From contig OZ024743.1 of the NCBI GenBank assembly GCA_964016885.1, positions 317,564,001 to 317,628,000 of the forward strand: a stretch of DNA of 64,000 nt, given 5' to 3'. The notes below the pieces were generated by a model. It made no database searches and had not been told where the DNA came from. It worked only from the letters and a program-made list of their open reading frames with translations. Each line of letters begins with the position of its first letter. The stretch's first letter is position 1. Both the position numbers and the translations under genes were made by a program. The DNA comes from Eledone cirrhosa. Lineage: Eukaryota. Below are positions 26,581-39,065 of this stretch, one piece after another.

Positions 26581-28645
26581 CATGTTGTAAGAGGCAACTA
26601 ACAGGATTAATAGCAGGAAGGATTATCTGGCTGTAAAACATTGCCTCAAAAAGGACTTAATGATAAGTATGACGTCTTAAAGGGCCCACAAGGTTTAACC
26701 CTGGGGAGATGGCCTCAAAATATTTGTTGTTCTGCTCTTTATAAAATATTAATTGTTCCCCTAACTTCATGAGGATTTGTCAGGGCTTTACTTTGGTATT
26801 GATTAGAAACTAATAAGCAACCTCAAACAGAGATATGACAACCCAGTCTTTTTCAATAGTAAAAATACACAATCACTAAGTACAGGTGGGGCTGTGTAGT
26901 TAAGGAGTTAGTTTCATAACCATATAGTTTTGTATTCAATTGTACACTGTGGCACATTGGGAAAATGTCTTCTACTGGTATTTTATTTTATCGACCCCAT
27001 AAGGATGGAAGGCGAAGTTTACCTCACTAGGAGTTGAACTCAGAATGTAAAAGGCCATAACTTTATGCTGCAAAGCATGTTGACCGATGCACTATTGATA
27101 CCACCAATCCACTGCCCTACACCAGCTTAAATATTACTAAATATTTCCAAATTCTTGATTATTTTGAAAATCATAGGCAATGTTTTTCATTAGAAATAAG
27201 GTAAGGAAAGGGTTAACATTTCTTCTTTTTTTTGTTACCTGAACTGCTGCTGTTACTAGCATTCATTTTCCGCTCTAATGTTTATAGGTAGATTGTACCT
27301 ACTCATTAAACACTATTTCGAACCAAATGATCTGATCTTAAGGATAATTAAATGGTTTTGTCAGCAATACAGTATGGCAGAAGTGACTAGATATAAATTG
27401 CCAAATATACATTCTGTGGACAAATGGACATATGTTATAAATAGCCTAACCAATTGTAGTTCTGAAAAGTAGCTTTGTATAGCGTGTTGTTATATATTTT
27501 AACAACTTAGCATATTATTATTTGTTACACAGTAAAATGATAAATTAATCTTCAGAGAGAGAGAATATTATCTCTGTTTCAATGTACCAAATTTAATTCT
27601 TTGAATACTAACTTTTCAGCTACTCTTGTATTGTTTCAGTTATTAACATTTAACCATAAAATAATTATTTCAAAAACTGTATTAAATGTTTATTCTTTTG
27701 CTGGTTTCAGTCATGAGACTGCAGTCATTCTTGAGTACCACTTTAATGTGGAATATATCCTCTAAACCAATACTAGCGTGGAAGATAGACGTTAAACGAT
27801 GATGATGATGATCAACTGTTTTTTTAATGTTCATTTTTCAATTCTGATATGGGTTTGGCAGGTCACTATAGATCAAATCAGCACTTAATTGGAAATAATG
27901 TCCACCTACATGAATTGGGGGACTGCACCTCATTCAGATACATTCCATTTCGGTATTGTTTCTACAACTGGATACCCTTCCTAATGCCAACCACTTAACA
28001 GTGTACTGGGTGCATTTTATTATAGCACTAGAACTTAAGAGGCTATCCCGTTCTTGATGCAACTGAAGAGTCCTCTCAACCCTTTTGGCAGGATTTCTTT
28101 ATATTTTAATAAAATTTAGTTGTATAAACAATATCCTAATATTATCACCAAATATTTAGTTGTTAAAGGAAATACTCTTTTTTAAGGCAGTGAATTGGTG
28201 GAGTTGTTAGTGCTTCTTATTAAATTCTTTACAGTATTTGTTTGAGCTCACTGTGCTCTGAGTTCAAATCTCACAGGGGTCAACTTTACTTTTTTCCTTT
28301 TGCTGTTGATAAGTAACCGTTCATAGTAGTGGAATGGTGGAATTGGCAGATCATCAGATGAGTTGTCTTGTGGTATCTGTTTGGGTCCTTTGCATTCTAA
28401 GTTAAGATTCCACCTAGGGATTAAAATCTCTCAAATGGCCAAGGCTAATCACCTGACCAAAAGACCACAATTAATTATGGATACTGTGATGTGTGGAAAA
28501 AGATTGTGGCCATCTGCTACTGTTGGGAGTTAACCTCTACAATAGACTGCCATCTTATCCAGGGGATGTCTTGAACCCTCAATTATTAATGCCGATGAAA
28601 TCTAGATAAGCTCTGGCCTGATGATCCTTCAATTTCAGACAAACT

Positions 28646-30580
28646 TTAACTCTTAACATCCTGTAATGATTTAACAGAAAATATCTAAAATGTTTGTTAA
28701 TTCAAATGTTTATACTATCTTTACTAGTGGACTGAGTGTTGTGAAGAGTAAAGACTTTAATCTTTAATGTGATGTAGTCATAGGGTAGTTTTGTACTTTT
28801 CAAGAATGTCTTACTAATCTGGTTTTACGCAACTTATTAATCAAAATGTCTATAGTATTTTTGCTGGTGGACAGATCATGGCGAACATTTCTATTACTAA
28901 AGTAATGACAAATTTTTAATGCAATTTAATCATTGTGCTGTTTTGTACTGGATTCATGTGGTTTATAATTTCAAATATTTATATCTTTACTAGTGAACAG
29001 ATTGTTGTGAAAATTTGAAGTATTAGACACTAGGCTAAGTGTCTAGCAAAGACATGTAGAGAGATTGTTGAATTCAAGCTAGCTGATAAACAGTAGTTTT
29101 CCCCTTGAACGCAGCATAGCTGACCAGATATTCACACTGCAGCACATCTTTGAGAAATCATGGGAGTACTGCCAAGAGGTGTATTCTTGCTTTGTCGACT
29201 TCAAAAGGGCAGATGATCACAGGACCTGCTGCCGAAGGTTCTGCAAGAGAATGGGATCCATGGGCAGCTTCTTGTTATCCTGATGTCTTTATATGAATGC
29301 CCGAGTATTTGTGTTCAAGTTAAATGGTGCTAAATCGAAACCATTCAGTGTGGGAGTCGGAATCCGTGAAGGGTGCATACTGTCACTTCTGTTCTTTCAT
29401 AAACAGGATTGACATGTGCAGCCAGGTTGGAAGTGGTATCATGACGTGCAGGATCAGTCAGCTGGAATTTGCAGATGGCATGGTATTACTTAATTTGTCA
29501 GAAGGTGATCTCTGACATGCTCTTCATAGATTTGGTGCTTAGTGCTGCATAGTGAGAATGAAAACCAGTGTTACAAAGATTGAGATACTCATTCTCTCAA
29601 GGAAGCTTACACAGTGCACTTGACATGTAAATGGAGTTTCACTGAAGCAGGTGGAGAATTTCAAGTATCTCGGGTCCGTGTTTATGAGCAATAGAAGGCA
29701 GGAAGCTGAATTAAGTGCAAGAATTGCATGAACTGGTGCAGTAATAAACCAGATTCAGCATTCGGAATCAGAAGGGAGGTAGGTGTAAAAGCCAAACTCA
29801 CTATCTTCAATTCGGTATTCGTGCCAACTCTTACCTATGGTCATGAATCTTCGGTAATGACTGAAAGAATATGATCGCGAATACAAGCAGCCGAAATAGG
29901 GTTCCTCGAAAGGGTCTTTGGAGTAACATTACTCGATAGTGTGTGTAGCTCGGAGATCAGAGAATCGTTCCAGGTAGAGCCACTACTTCACCAAATTGAG
30001 AGATCATATTATGGGCATGTGGTTAGAATGTCTCAGGAAAGAATCGTTGGACAGATTTTCAGGCAAAACCAACCACAGAAGACTCAGGGATAGAACCCGA
30101 GGAAGATGGTTGAATAACATCCATAAGCTCAGTTGGTCTTGCTAATGGATCCAGCTAGATCAGTTGGAGACAGTTGCTTCTGACAGGACCAGCTGGAAGG
30201 AGTGTTTGAGGACTCTACCCCCACAACTTTCTCAGGAATAAGTGGGCGAAGAAGAGTAAACATTTTTTATTTTTTTATTTTTAATGTGACTCATAGTGCT
30301 GTTTCATACTTTTCAAGAATGTCTTGTTTATGTGGTTTGATGCAGTTGAAGACATTAATTTTTAATGTGACAGGGAAATATTTTGTGAGCAGGAGATAAT
30401 ATATTGTGCAATTAGGCATTTTTTACAGCGAGATATAATTTCTCCTGATATTTTTAGGGCAATTGCAAGTTGTTGGTTGGTACACTCACTCCACACACAC
30501 ATATACATAAATATATATGTAGTCATAGTGCTGTTTCTTACTTTTCAAAGAATGTCTTGTTAATGTAGTTTTGTTAAGCA
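28646..30580. mobile_element. TTAA-type (piggyBac-like) non-autonomous element with internal repeats, interrupted by an RTE
   Basis: Begins TTAACTCTTAACATCCTGTA, the reverse complement of the right end of the related element at 43316-43532. The motif TATTAGA|GTAAA, contiguous at ~43421, is split here by the RTE. Confidence 0.55.
29028..30256 (+). mobile_element. Decayed 5'-truncated RTE-clade (Expander/Rex3-like) LINE
   Basis: DQIFTLQHIFEKSWEY...CFVDFKRA, LEFADG, FKYLG, VPTLTYGHES, YGHVVRM; many stops and frameshifts; GAAGAAGA tail. Confidence 0.85.
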
Positions 30581-30802
30581 TTAACCTTTTTTTGTAAATT
30601 ATTATAGAAGTGAAATCGGTTTGCTATTAATTTATTTATGATGATGTTGTTGAAACAACTCTGACAATATTTCATGCTCTGCCAGCTTTTACTGTTATGG
30701 CAGTAGTGTTGGTGGTGTGGTAGGAAATTACAGTTTTACTGTCTCCTGTATAAATCACTCATCTGTTAGAAAACACAGCTATTGATTACCTTTTTCAGAC
30801 CT

Positions 30803-31101
30803 ATCACCATCATGACTACCACGACTACCTTTACTACCAATGTTATAAGCATCTTGACTATCACCTTCATCACCACTACCACCATCACTGCTACTACCAA
30901 CACCATCATCACTACGACCGCCATCACTACCACTACCAACACTCATCACTACTACCACCATCACTGCCACTAATACCACCATCTCTGCCACTTCCAACAA
31001 CACCATCACTGCCACTTCCAACACCATCATCACCACTACCACCATCATCACTACTACCACCATCACTGCCACTCCCAACACCATTATCACCACTGCCACC
31101 A
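30803..31101. repeat. Degenerate (CAC/CAT/TAC)n triplet tract
   Basis: Low-complexity trinucleotide repeat. Confidence 0.85.
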
Positions 31102-31334
31102 CATTTCTATTTTCTACTATTTAATTAATTATATTTGCCAACAATCAATCGACTAAATAAAGAAAAGGAGAAAACCACTCCTTCCCTTTTCAGTTCTCTT
31201 TGCTTTTATCCCTTAGCTTACACCACCACCACACCAATCTATTTAGAGCTACTGAAAGCATCTGGGGTGTTTGTAATTAGCTTCAAATTTTATTGGAAAA
31301 AAATTCAAATTGAATCTCTTAAGGTGATTGGAGT

Positions 31335-31442
31335 AGTTGTGGATGTATATGTCTGTACTCTTTAACTTTGATGTTCTACTTCATATATATATATGAAGTA
31401 GAACATCAAAGTTAAAGAGTACAGATATATACATCCACAACT
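31335..31442. repeat. 108-bp palindrome centred on (TA)n
   Basis: AGTTGTGGATG...CTACTTCATATAT|ATATATGAAGTAG...CATCCACAACT; one mismatch. Confidence 0.9.
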
Positions 31443-31475
31443 GTATATATATATATAATTAGAACAGTGATATAA

Positions 31476-31525
31476 ACAGGTACTTAAGTTTCGTTGGGTT
31501 CTGGACTCCTACTCATTCAGCCTGT
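31476..31525 (-). ncRNA. Hammerhead ribozyme, family G, 8-nt CUGAAUGA core
   Basis: ACAGG-CUGAAUGA-GUAGGAGUCCAGAACCCAAC-GAAA-CUUAAG-UA-CCUGU; perfect stem I; palindromic ACUUAAGU stem III. Confidence 0.6.
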
Positions 31526-31782
31526 CATAAGAAAAAGAAAAATGAAAATAAAGATGGCCGTCTGGGGTTGATTGTGTTTTCCTTTTAGAAATAGTGAAAT
31601 TCTGTTATAACGAAATTCATGGGGTATAACAAAAATTTGTTGTAACAAAAAATTCTTTATATGAGAGTGTGGTTGGGAATTGAAAAAAGTTTTGTTATAC
31701 TGAAAAATTATATTATGATATATTTCTAAAAGGAAAGCACAATCAACCCCAGGCGGCCATCTTTATTTAAATTTTTCTCATG

Positions 31783-31832
31783 ACAAGCTGAATGAGTTGG
31801 GGTCTAGAACCCAACGAAACTTAAATACCTGT
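31783..31832 (+). ncRNA. Hammerhead ribozyme, family G (second arm)
   Basis: ACAAG-CUGAAUGA-GUUGGG-GUCUAGAA-CCCAAC-GAAA-CUUAAA-UA-CCUGU; perfect 6-bp stem II; one mismatch each in stems I and III. Confidence 0.55.
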
Positions 31833-33019
31833 TTATGTCACTGTTGTAATTATATATACTAAACTCGTCCTATGGACTGAATGCTCTTACCCTTGGATAT
31901 TTCAACCAAACTTTTACTGCAATATATATAGCATGACAACCACTTGTGGTGGCTTTGTGATAAAATACACTCTGTATATGCTGTAAAGAGGTTGGTGATA
32001 GGAAAGGCATCCAGCCATAGAAATTTGCCATCCAAAGGGTCAAGAGGATTCTTTAGTTATGTCAAAGACATGACAACCTCCCTAGTGCTGGTGCAATGAT
32101 AAAATACACTCAGTATAGTTTGTATAGTGCGGGAACATATGTAAATGAAATGTGACCTCTGGCCCATCTGAGATATCAGAAGCTCCGATTAGGTACTGAC
32201 TTAGTCTGTGATAACCTGTCCAACACTTACTAGCAGGGAAATCATTGTCATTTTATGTCCACTTTCCACCCTGTCATGGTCTGATGCAAGGTCAATCTGA
32301 CCTCATCTTGCATGTTACTTTCCATATTTAGCATGGTTTTTACACTTGCCAACTGCCTTACAGAGTGCCCTGGGTGCATTTTATCATGGCACATGATTTT
32401 CATTATCTTCATTCAATTGCCAAACACTGTAGCCTCTGGTCTCTTACCATTTTAACCTTTAGTAGTTCTTGTACTGGTGGATGAGTCTTTTGTATTATAA
32501 CATATCACCAGTCAGCTGAGTCCTGTGCCATCTCTGTAGCAGTGCTGGTACTGGTGACAGGTCTTTTTTATTATGGTATATTGACAGTCAGCTCAGACCT
32601 GTGTCATCTCTGTAGCTGTGCTGATACTAGTGGACAGGTCTTTTATATTATGCTATATCACCAGTCAACTCTGTAGCAGTGCTGGTACTGGTGGACAGGA
32701 CTTCTGTATTATGGTATATCACCAGTCAGCTCTTTTCTGTGTCATCTCTGTCATATTAACCTCAACTTATTGGCAGTACATACTGAATCATCTACAAAAG
32801 TTTTCTCTCATGCACTGGAATCGTCTCACATTTTAATATTCACTCATCCCCAACCTGCATACTTGTTTTACCCCGGTCTCCCACCTTCCACACTCCTTGA
32901 TACACCTGTGCAACCCATACATACAAGCATGGAAAGCTTGACACTCTCCATTCCTACTCTTCCACAGTCCTACCATTATGACAAAAAGCACTTTATAACA
33001 ATCCTATAAAGTGCTTGTA

Positions 33020-33385
33020 CTGATGGCACAACAAAAAGCATATCCTATGAGGTGGTTGTGCTAGGATATGACAAAAAGTGCCCAGTCCACCTTGTAAGGT
33101 AAGTTGTACTGGTGACATAACAAAAAGCATCCAGTCCACTCTGTAATGGTGGTCATGTCTGTTACATGACAAAAAGCACCCAGTCCATGCTGTAATGTGG
33201 TTGATATCAGGAAGAGCACCCAGTCCATGCTGTAATGTGGTTGATATCAGGAAGAGCACCCAGCCATAAAAAACAAGACAGAATGGGTTCTGTATGAGCA
33301 AGACAGCCACCTGACCTAACAAGACAATTCGTCTAACCCATGCAAGCATGGAAAATGGATGTTAAATGGTGATGATGATGATGAG
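33020..33385 (+). mobile_element. SINE/RTE-type 3' tail with ~40-bp subrepeats
   Basis: AAAAAGCACCCAGTCCA.NCTGTAA subrepeats ending GCATGGAAAATGGATGTTAAATGGTGATGATGATG; related copies near 23525-23790, 27810-28030, 36990-37272, 37725-37935 and 42050-42205. Confidence 0.65.
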
Positions 33386-34439
33386 GGGAGATTTATGCTC
33401 TTAATGCCATGATGTATCTTGGATTGTAGAGATTTTGTAAAGTATTCAAGTCTTTTAATAGACATTTTCAAACATTCTTTTACTGTTTTCAGTAATCTGA
33501 CTGTGGCCATGCTGGGGCACCACTGAATATATTCATAAAAATAATAATATGAGTCCATGTGGTTTGGGATTCAGTCTCATTGTGCAACACCTTAGGTAAG
33601 TGTCTGCTACTATATCTTTGGTTTGACTAATGCTTTGGGAGTGCAATTTGGTAAATAGAAACTGCAGAAACCTGTTATGGGCTCTTCAGCTGAGCCCTGT
33701 CAGATGGCAATAGGAAGAGCATCCTGCAAAAGCTATGCCAAAATGTCAAGGAGACTCTTCAGTTGTGTCACGGGTACAACAACTTCTCTAGTGTTGATCT
33801 ACACAATAAATGCACCCAGTACACTCTGTAAAGTGGTTGCTGATAGGAAGAGTATCCAACTGTAGAACACTTTCCAAACAAAGAATTGGAAAGACGTTTG
33901 AGTTGTCTCAAAGATATGAAATCCTCCCTAGTACTGGTATCCTGATAAAAAAGGAGTGTAGTTGTGGGTTCCTGGCCAGCCAGAGCACCCGGTATATTGT
34001 GGGGATGTAAGATAGAGGCTCCCCAACTGATCTGAGAGGTGAGTGGCTCCACTTGGGTGCTGACTCAGACTATGACGGTCTGTCCAACCCTTGCCTTTAC
34101 ATAATGATATGTATGTCTGTGATTTCTGTTTGTTTGTCCCTGTCTCTATGTCCTCTCTTTTTAGTGGATTGACAAAAAGAAATTGATAAAATATGTATCA
34201 GGCTTGAAAAATATGTACTGGGATCTTTATAATTGACTAAAGTCCCAATAAGGCAGTGCTCCAATATGGCCACAGTCTAATTGTTGCAATCAGTAAAAAA
34301 AATCATTGATGTCTTATAATTCCTCTATATTATTTTGTCATCTTTCTATTTTCAGCTGATCACTTCTGCAAGCCAGATATGAATTATCTGCAATATTGAG
34401 CTGGCTCTTTGATTCCTTTTTGGATTACTGAATGCACTC

Positions 34440-34910
34440 ATGAAATTTCCATTGTCTGATAGCCTTCATGCAAAAAAGGGAAGTTTCTTTTTGGATCCCA
34501 TGAAGACGAAAAATTTCTATCTTGTAATCCTCTTTGCCGCTTCTACTATAGTGGCCATTTGGCTGCTGAGTAACCCGACCCCTAATTTTCAGACCATCGT
34601 TAAGGAAACCAACAAACACATCAACAGCATCAAGAATTTACCTTCCAGCATCAAACATGCCAAAGAGTTAGATGATGTAGATCCGGAGTATTTAGAGCTG
34701 CTTGGCTTTCGTGATGGCAGTGGAGGCCGAAGAGAGGATGATGAGCGATTTCCTAGCAAGGACAATGTTAACATACCTGTTATTGCTAGCGGTATTGAGC
34801 CTGGTCAATATAAGCAGGTTATAGACTTACTGGAGTCAGTACAGCGCTATTTACCTCATAATCTATTGATTTTATATGACCTGGGCATAGATCCTTCGGA
34901 AAGTTTCATG
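34440..34910 (+). CDS. DUF1647-like type II membrane protein, coding exon 1 (start may be ATG 34500)
   Basis: Acceptor TTTTCAG at 34355; hydrophobic anchor FYLVILFAASTIVAIWLL; motif LLESVQRYLP...LILYDLG; donor ATG|GTGAGT, phase 0. Confidence 0.88.
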
Positions 34911-34936
34911 GTGAGTTGTATTTTAAAAAGTACTCT

Positions 34937-35137
34937 TTAAACCTTTTGATACTAACCTTACCAAAACTAATTCTGGTTATATAAACAAAACCACCCATTT
35001 TAAAGGGTTCCTATTTAAATTAAAATCTTCCTGGATAATTTTATATATGAATACTGTGTTAAGTTACAATCTTAGTAAATTCCTCAATATTAATTGAAAT
35101 AGTGTATTTCATTAAAATAAAGTCATGAAAGAGTTAA
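34937..35137. mobile_element. TTAA-flanked piggyBac-like MITE
   Basis: TTAAACCTTTTGATAC ... GAAAGAGTTAA; inverted relative of 39900-40159; partial copy from 35833. Confidence 0.55.
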
Positions 35138-36194
35138 TATATCATTTTTTTCTTTAGATTTTAACTTTTAAAATCACCTCCTCCCATACTTTCTTACTAG
35201 AGGTTGCCATTAGCTGCATTTATCTCTTAAAATATATTCATATCAACTCCGATTCCACATCGGAAGACACATGACCTAATGGTTAGGGTGTTGGAATCAT
35301 CAAGGTGTGGGTTTGATTCCTGGGTTGGGTGGTACATTGTGTTTTTGAGCAAGACATTTCATTTTATGTTGCTTTTCATGGTAGGAGAGGGGACCCTGAT
35401 CATTAAAACACTCAAGAAACCTATTAAATGCAACATTGCAGGGGTCAGCTAAACTTACATAGGTGTGAGCTGTAATAAAAACAATTGCAACAAGGTACGC
35501 AATAGAGGTTTCAACTAAATAAACATTATAAAAAAATATCAGGAATCCTTTATAAAGAAATAATCTGTTATTTGTGATGTAGTTTGTTTCCTAGATGACA
35601 TGTGGAAGTGGTCGGACATGCCCCAGCATTTGTTTATCTTTCTCTCCTCCGCATTGTGGGCAGCGGTGCCTGGGTTTGTGTGAAGCAGTTTATATATGTC
35701 CTAAATGACACGTGGAATGAGTAAAGTGTCTAAAGTATTGACACATTTGGTGTGAGTCATTTTCACATAAAGTAGATATAATTCAACTTGTTTAGTGAAT
35801 GTCTACTGGGTTTTCCGTCTAATTTCTGTACTTTAACCTTTTTGATACAAAAACACCCTCATTCTATGAAATAAAGACACCTGTTTTAAAAGGTTCCTAT
35901 TAAAATTGAAACTTATCAACATAATTTTATAGAAAAAAAAAACATGTTAGATCATAAGGTTCTATAGTCCATGAAATCATATTCGCAAGACATTCTTGAA
36001 AAGTGCAAAACAGCAATGTGATTGCATCACATTAAAAATTGATGTTGTTACTTTAACTTGCAGCTAATTTTCCCAACAGTCTGTCCTCTAGAATAGATAC
36101 TATAAACATTTGAATTAATAAACCTGTTTTTAGACATTTTCTGCTAAATCATTAAGAATTAAGTTACTATCTTAGTAATAAAATAATAAGATAG

Positions 36195-36230
36195 TCTTAA
36201 CGTTTCGGACACTAGTCCTTCATCAGAAGA
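36195..36230 (-). ncRNA. Minimal type I hammerhead ribozyme, family H (intronic, antisense)
   Basis: UCUU-CUGAUGA-A-GGAC-UAGU-GUCC-GAAA-CG-UU-AAGA, the classic minimal Penelope-type form. Confidence 0.8.
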
Positions 36231-36306
36231 TAAATAGAAAGACAAGAGTGATGAGAGGAAGGAACAAGGAAAATGAGAAAAAAACGTGCGTATTCAGTTA
36301 GCCATC

Positions 36307-36351
<45 letters not shown>

Positions 36352-36708
36352 ATGTGACTTTGTAGTTTGACAAATACTGATTATTAAAATAAGTGCCAAA
36401 CTTTTGAAAAAAAAAAAAATACTGGTGTTGATATAAAGTCCCTTCAAGGTGGTGCTCCAGCATGCCTGTTGTCTAATGACTGAAATCAGTAAATAAATAA
36501 CATGACCTTTACTGACTAGCTCTAGAGGTAACAAACAATAAAAAATATAAAGACAAAACAAGTGATAAATGAGAGGAATATGTTTCTACTAAAATGATAA
36601 TTAACGAGACCAGATAATCAGAACAACAAGATATTGTTGTTTCATTTCAGGTATGTTATTTTAATTTTTCAAATACTTTAATGCATGTTTTGTTTTTCTT
36701 TCTACCAG

Positions 36709-36825
36709 CTAAAAAAGCGCTGTAACAACACCAAGTCTTGTATCCTCACTCCTTTTGACTTCAAGCGTTATCCTTCACATTTAAAAGATTTATCTATTAA
36801 AAGTTATCGACCTCTCTGTATCCAG
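36709..36825 (+). CDS. DUF1647-like protein, coding exon 2
   Basis: Polypyrimidine tract...CCAG| acceptor; 117 nt = LKKRCNNTKSCILTPFDFKRYPSHLKDLSIKSYRPLCIQ; CAG|GTAAGT donor; absent from the ORF track. Confidence 0.88.
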
Positions 36826-38528
36826 GTAAGTGGGAACACAATACTCTAATTTTTTAACTATTATTTTTACTTCATTTATACTCTTTCAAATCGACTGCTA
36901 TACAAACACACACACACATAGTATGCACAACCCCACCCTCCCATACATCTCCCAGGAGGACAGTCTGAAGTATACATCTCGTGATGGCGACACAACAAAA
37001 AGCTCCCAGCCCACCGTGTAAAGTGGTCGTGATAGCGACATGACCAAAAGCGCCCCGCTCACACTGTAAAGTGGTCATGTAGGTATCATGACAAAAAACA
37101 CCCAGTCCACACTGTAAATGTGGTTGGTGTTAGGAAGGGCATCCAGCTGTAGAAATCAAGCCAGAATCAGTCTGTATGAACAAGACAAGTTCATTTGACC
37201 TGGCATTTCTCACAACAGGATAACTCGTCTAACTCATACTAACATGGAAAAATGGACGTTAACTTTGATGATATGTCATTTCTTTCCATTGAAACACAGT
37301 TATGAGACAAAAAGGGAACCTCTACTTGGTTACACAACCTGTTAAAAATTAGCAGCCAAATTACCCTCACACCACACCCGTTCATCATCATTTAATGTTC
37401 ACTTTCTCTGCTAGCAAGGGTAGGGCTTGTCAGTACTGAAGCAGGGCTACTGACTTCCCAGAGTAGCCAGCGGTCTGTATCTCACTTACATACCGTCCCA
37501 AGTTCTACCAGCATAAGAGAAGTTGTCATATCTTTGACACAACTGAAGGGTCCTCCCAACCCTTAGCTGGATGCTCTTTTAATCACCAAACTCAAACACG
37601 AGCCAAAAAGGAAACCTCTACTTCATTATTCAACCTGTTAAAAATTAGCAACTAAATCACCATCATATCACACCCGTTCATCTTTAAAAAAGTACATATT
37701 AGATAAAGTAGACCTCAAGAGATTCATCATCATTTTACGGCCACTTTCCATGTTTGCATGGTCCTGGATGGGCTGTTACAGTCCAAGACAAGATAGTTTG
37801 AGGCTGGGATAGGTCGTGAACAAGGTCTTGCTTGTATGTTCCATTTTTTGCATGATTTCTGCAGCTGGAAACCCTTCTTAACACCAACCACTTTACAGAG
37901 TTTACTGAGTGTACATTATCATGCCACTAGCACTACAGATTATATTATGATTGTAAAAAAAATGACAGTTTAGTCACCACTGAAATGTTTTTTATCAACA
38001 ACAAAACATCATTACTCATTGCCCATGGGGTTATGGGTCAATATCGACAATTTGAGGGTCCTTAACATTTCACCCATGGAAAAATAAATGTAAAACAGGG
38101 GACCCTACCTACCAATACACGGTTGTTTTTTTTTGTTTTTTATTGATCGACAAAATCTCAGACCTCACTCGCTTATTCAGTAGGGTAAAACTCATCAAAT
38201 TGGACCAAGGAAACAGTGTTTCCATTGGTCTTTCCATTGCTGATACTATCTACCAGTCGCTACTCCTGGCAGAAAGAGTAATATACAATATAGTGTCTTG
38301 CTCAAGAAGACAACGCATTGTCTGGTCTGGGGATTGAACTCACAACCTCATGATTGCGAATCCAATTCTTTAACCACTAAGCCACACTGAAAATTAGTCC
38401 CTAATTTGTAATTTATAAATTAATTAGTATAGATAAAGTTTGTTAAAAGAAAGGCATGTGTTTAAATATTTTCTTCATCCCAGAATGTTTGGAATTGAAT
38501 AATGAAATATTAATTTTTGTTGTTTTAG

Positions 38529-39065
38529 GAAATACTGAATCGCTATGGTGGAGTTATTTGGGCGGACAGCTCAGAGCATTTCATAACAAACAAGATGAAC
38601 CAGAGTGTAACTCAGGCTCAAACTGTAGGTCTTGTAGCTTGGACCATTAAAGCCCCAACATCATCATTAACTCACCCTAAAATGTTTCAGTATTTTAAAA
38701 CAAAGCAAGAGTATTATTATTTTCATCGAGCAGTTGAATCGTCTCATTTAATTGTATTCAACCTGGATCGTATCCACCGCGAATTGATGTTACCATGGGT
38801 ACGGTGTGCTCTGACAGAGGAGTGTATCAACCCAACAGGGGCACAGAATGTCGGTTGTAATTACCAGCGTAAACCTTTATTTCGTTATTCCGGTTGTCAC
38901 CATTACGACATGTCAGCTTTGAATGTAATCCTTGGACTTTTGTTTAATTTCAATATAAAGCAGTACACCGCCCAACAACAAGTTTTTGGTGTGTTGAACA
39001 AAGAAAGAACATCAGGAAAAAATTTGACTGTGCCATTATATATTTCGAAATTGAGGTATTTGTAA
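38529..39065 (+). CDS. DUF1647-like protein, last coding exon
   Basis: TTTTAG| acceptor; EILNRYGGVIWADSS...THPKMFQYF...PWVRCAL..ECINP.G...GCHHYDMSALNVIL; TAA at 39063-39065. Joined CDS is 374 aa (354 aa from ATG 34500). Confidence 0.88.
   Translation, partial: EILNRYGGVIWADSSEHFITNKMNQSVTQAQTVGLVAWTIKAPTSSLTHPKMFQYFKTKQEYYYFHRAVESSHLIVFNLDRIHRELMLPWVRCALTEECINPTGAQNVGCNYQRKPLFRYSGCHHYDMSALNVILGLLFNFNIKQYTAQQQVFGVLNKERTSGKNLTVPLYISKLRYL

Larger units (their letters stand above)
31452..31922 (+). mobile_element. Fold-back element G
   Basis: Diverged inverted arms ~31452-31593 and 31721-31858, unpaired 3' tail to ~31922; the spacer resembles a pogo/Tigger-like MITE piece (GTTATAAC repeats). 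Confidence 0.7.

Noticed and set aside
30779-31102. Val/Met- or Thr/His-rich ORFs
   Set aside because: Translation of a degenerate triplet repeat.
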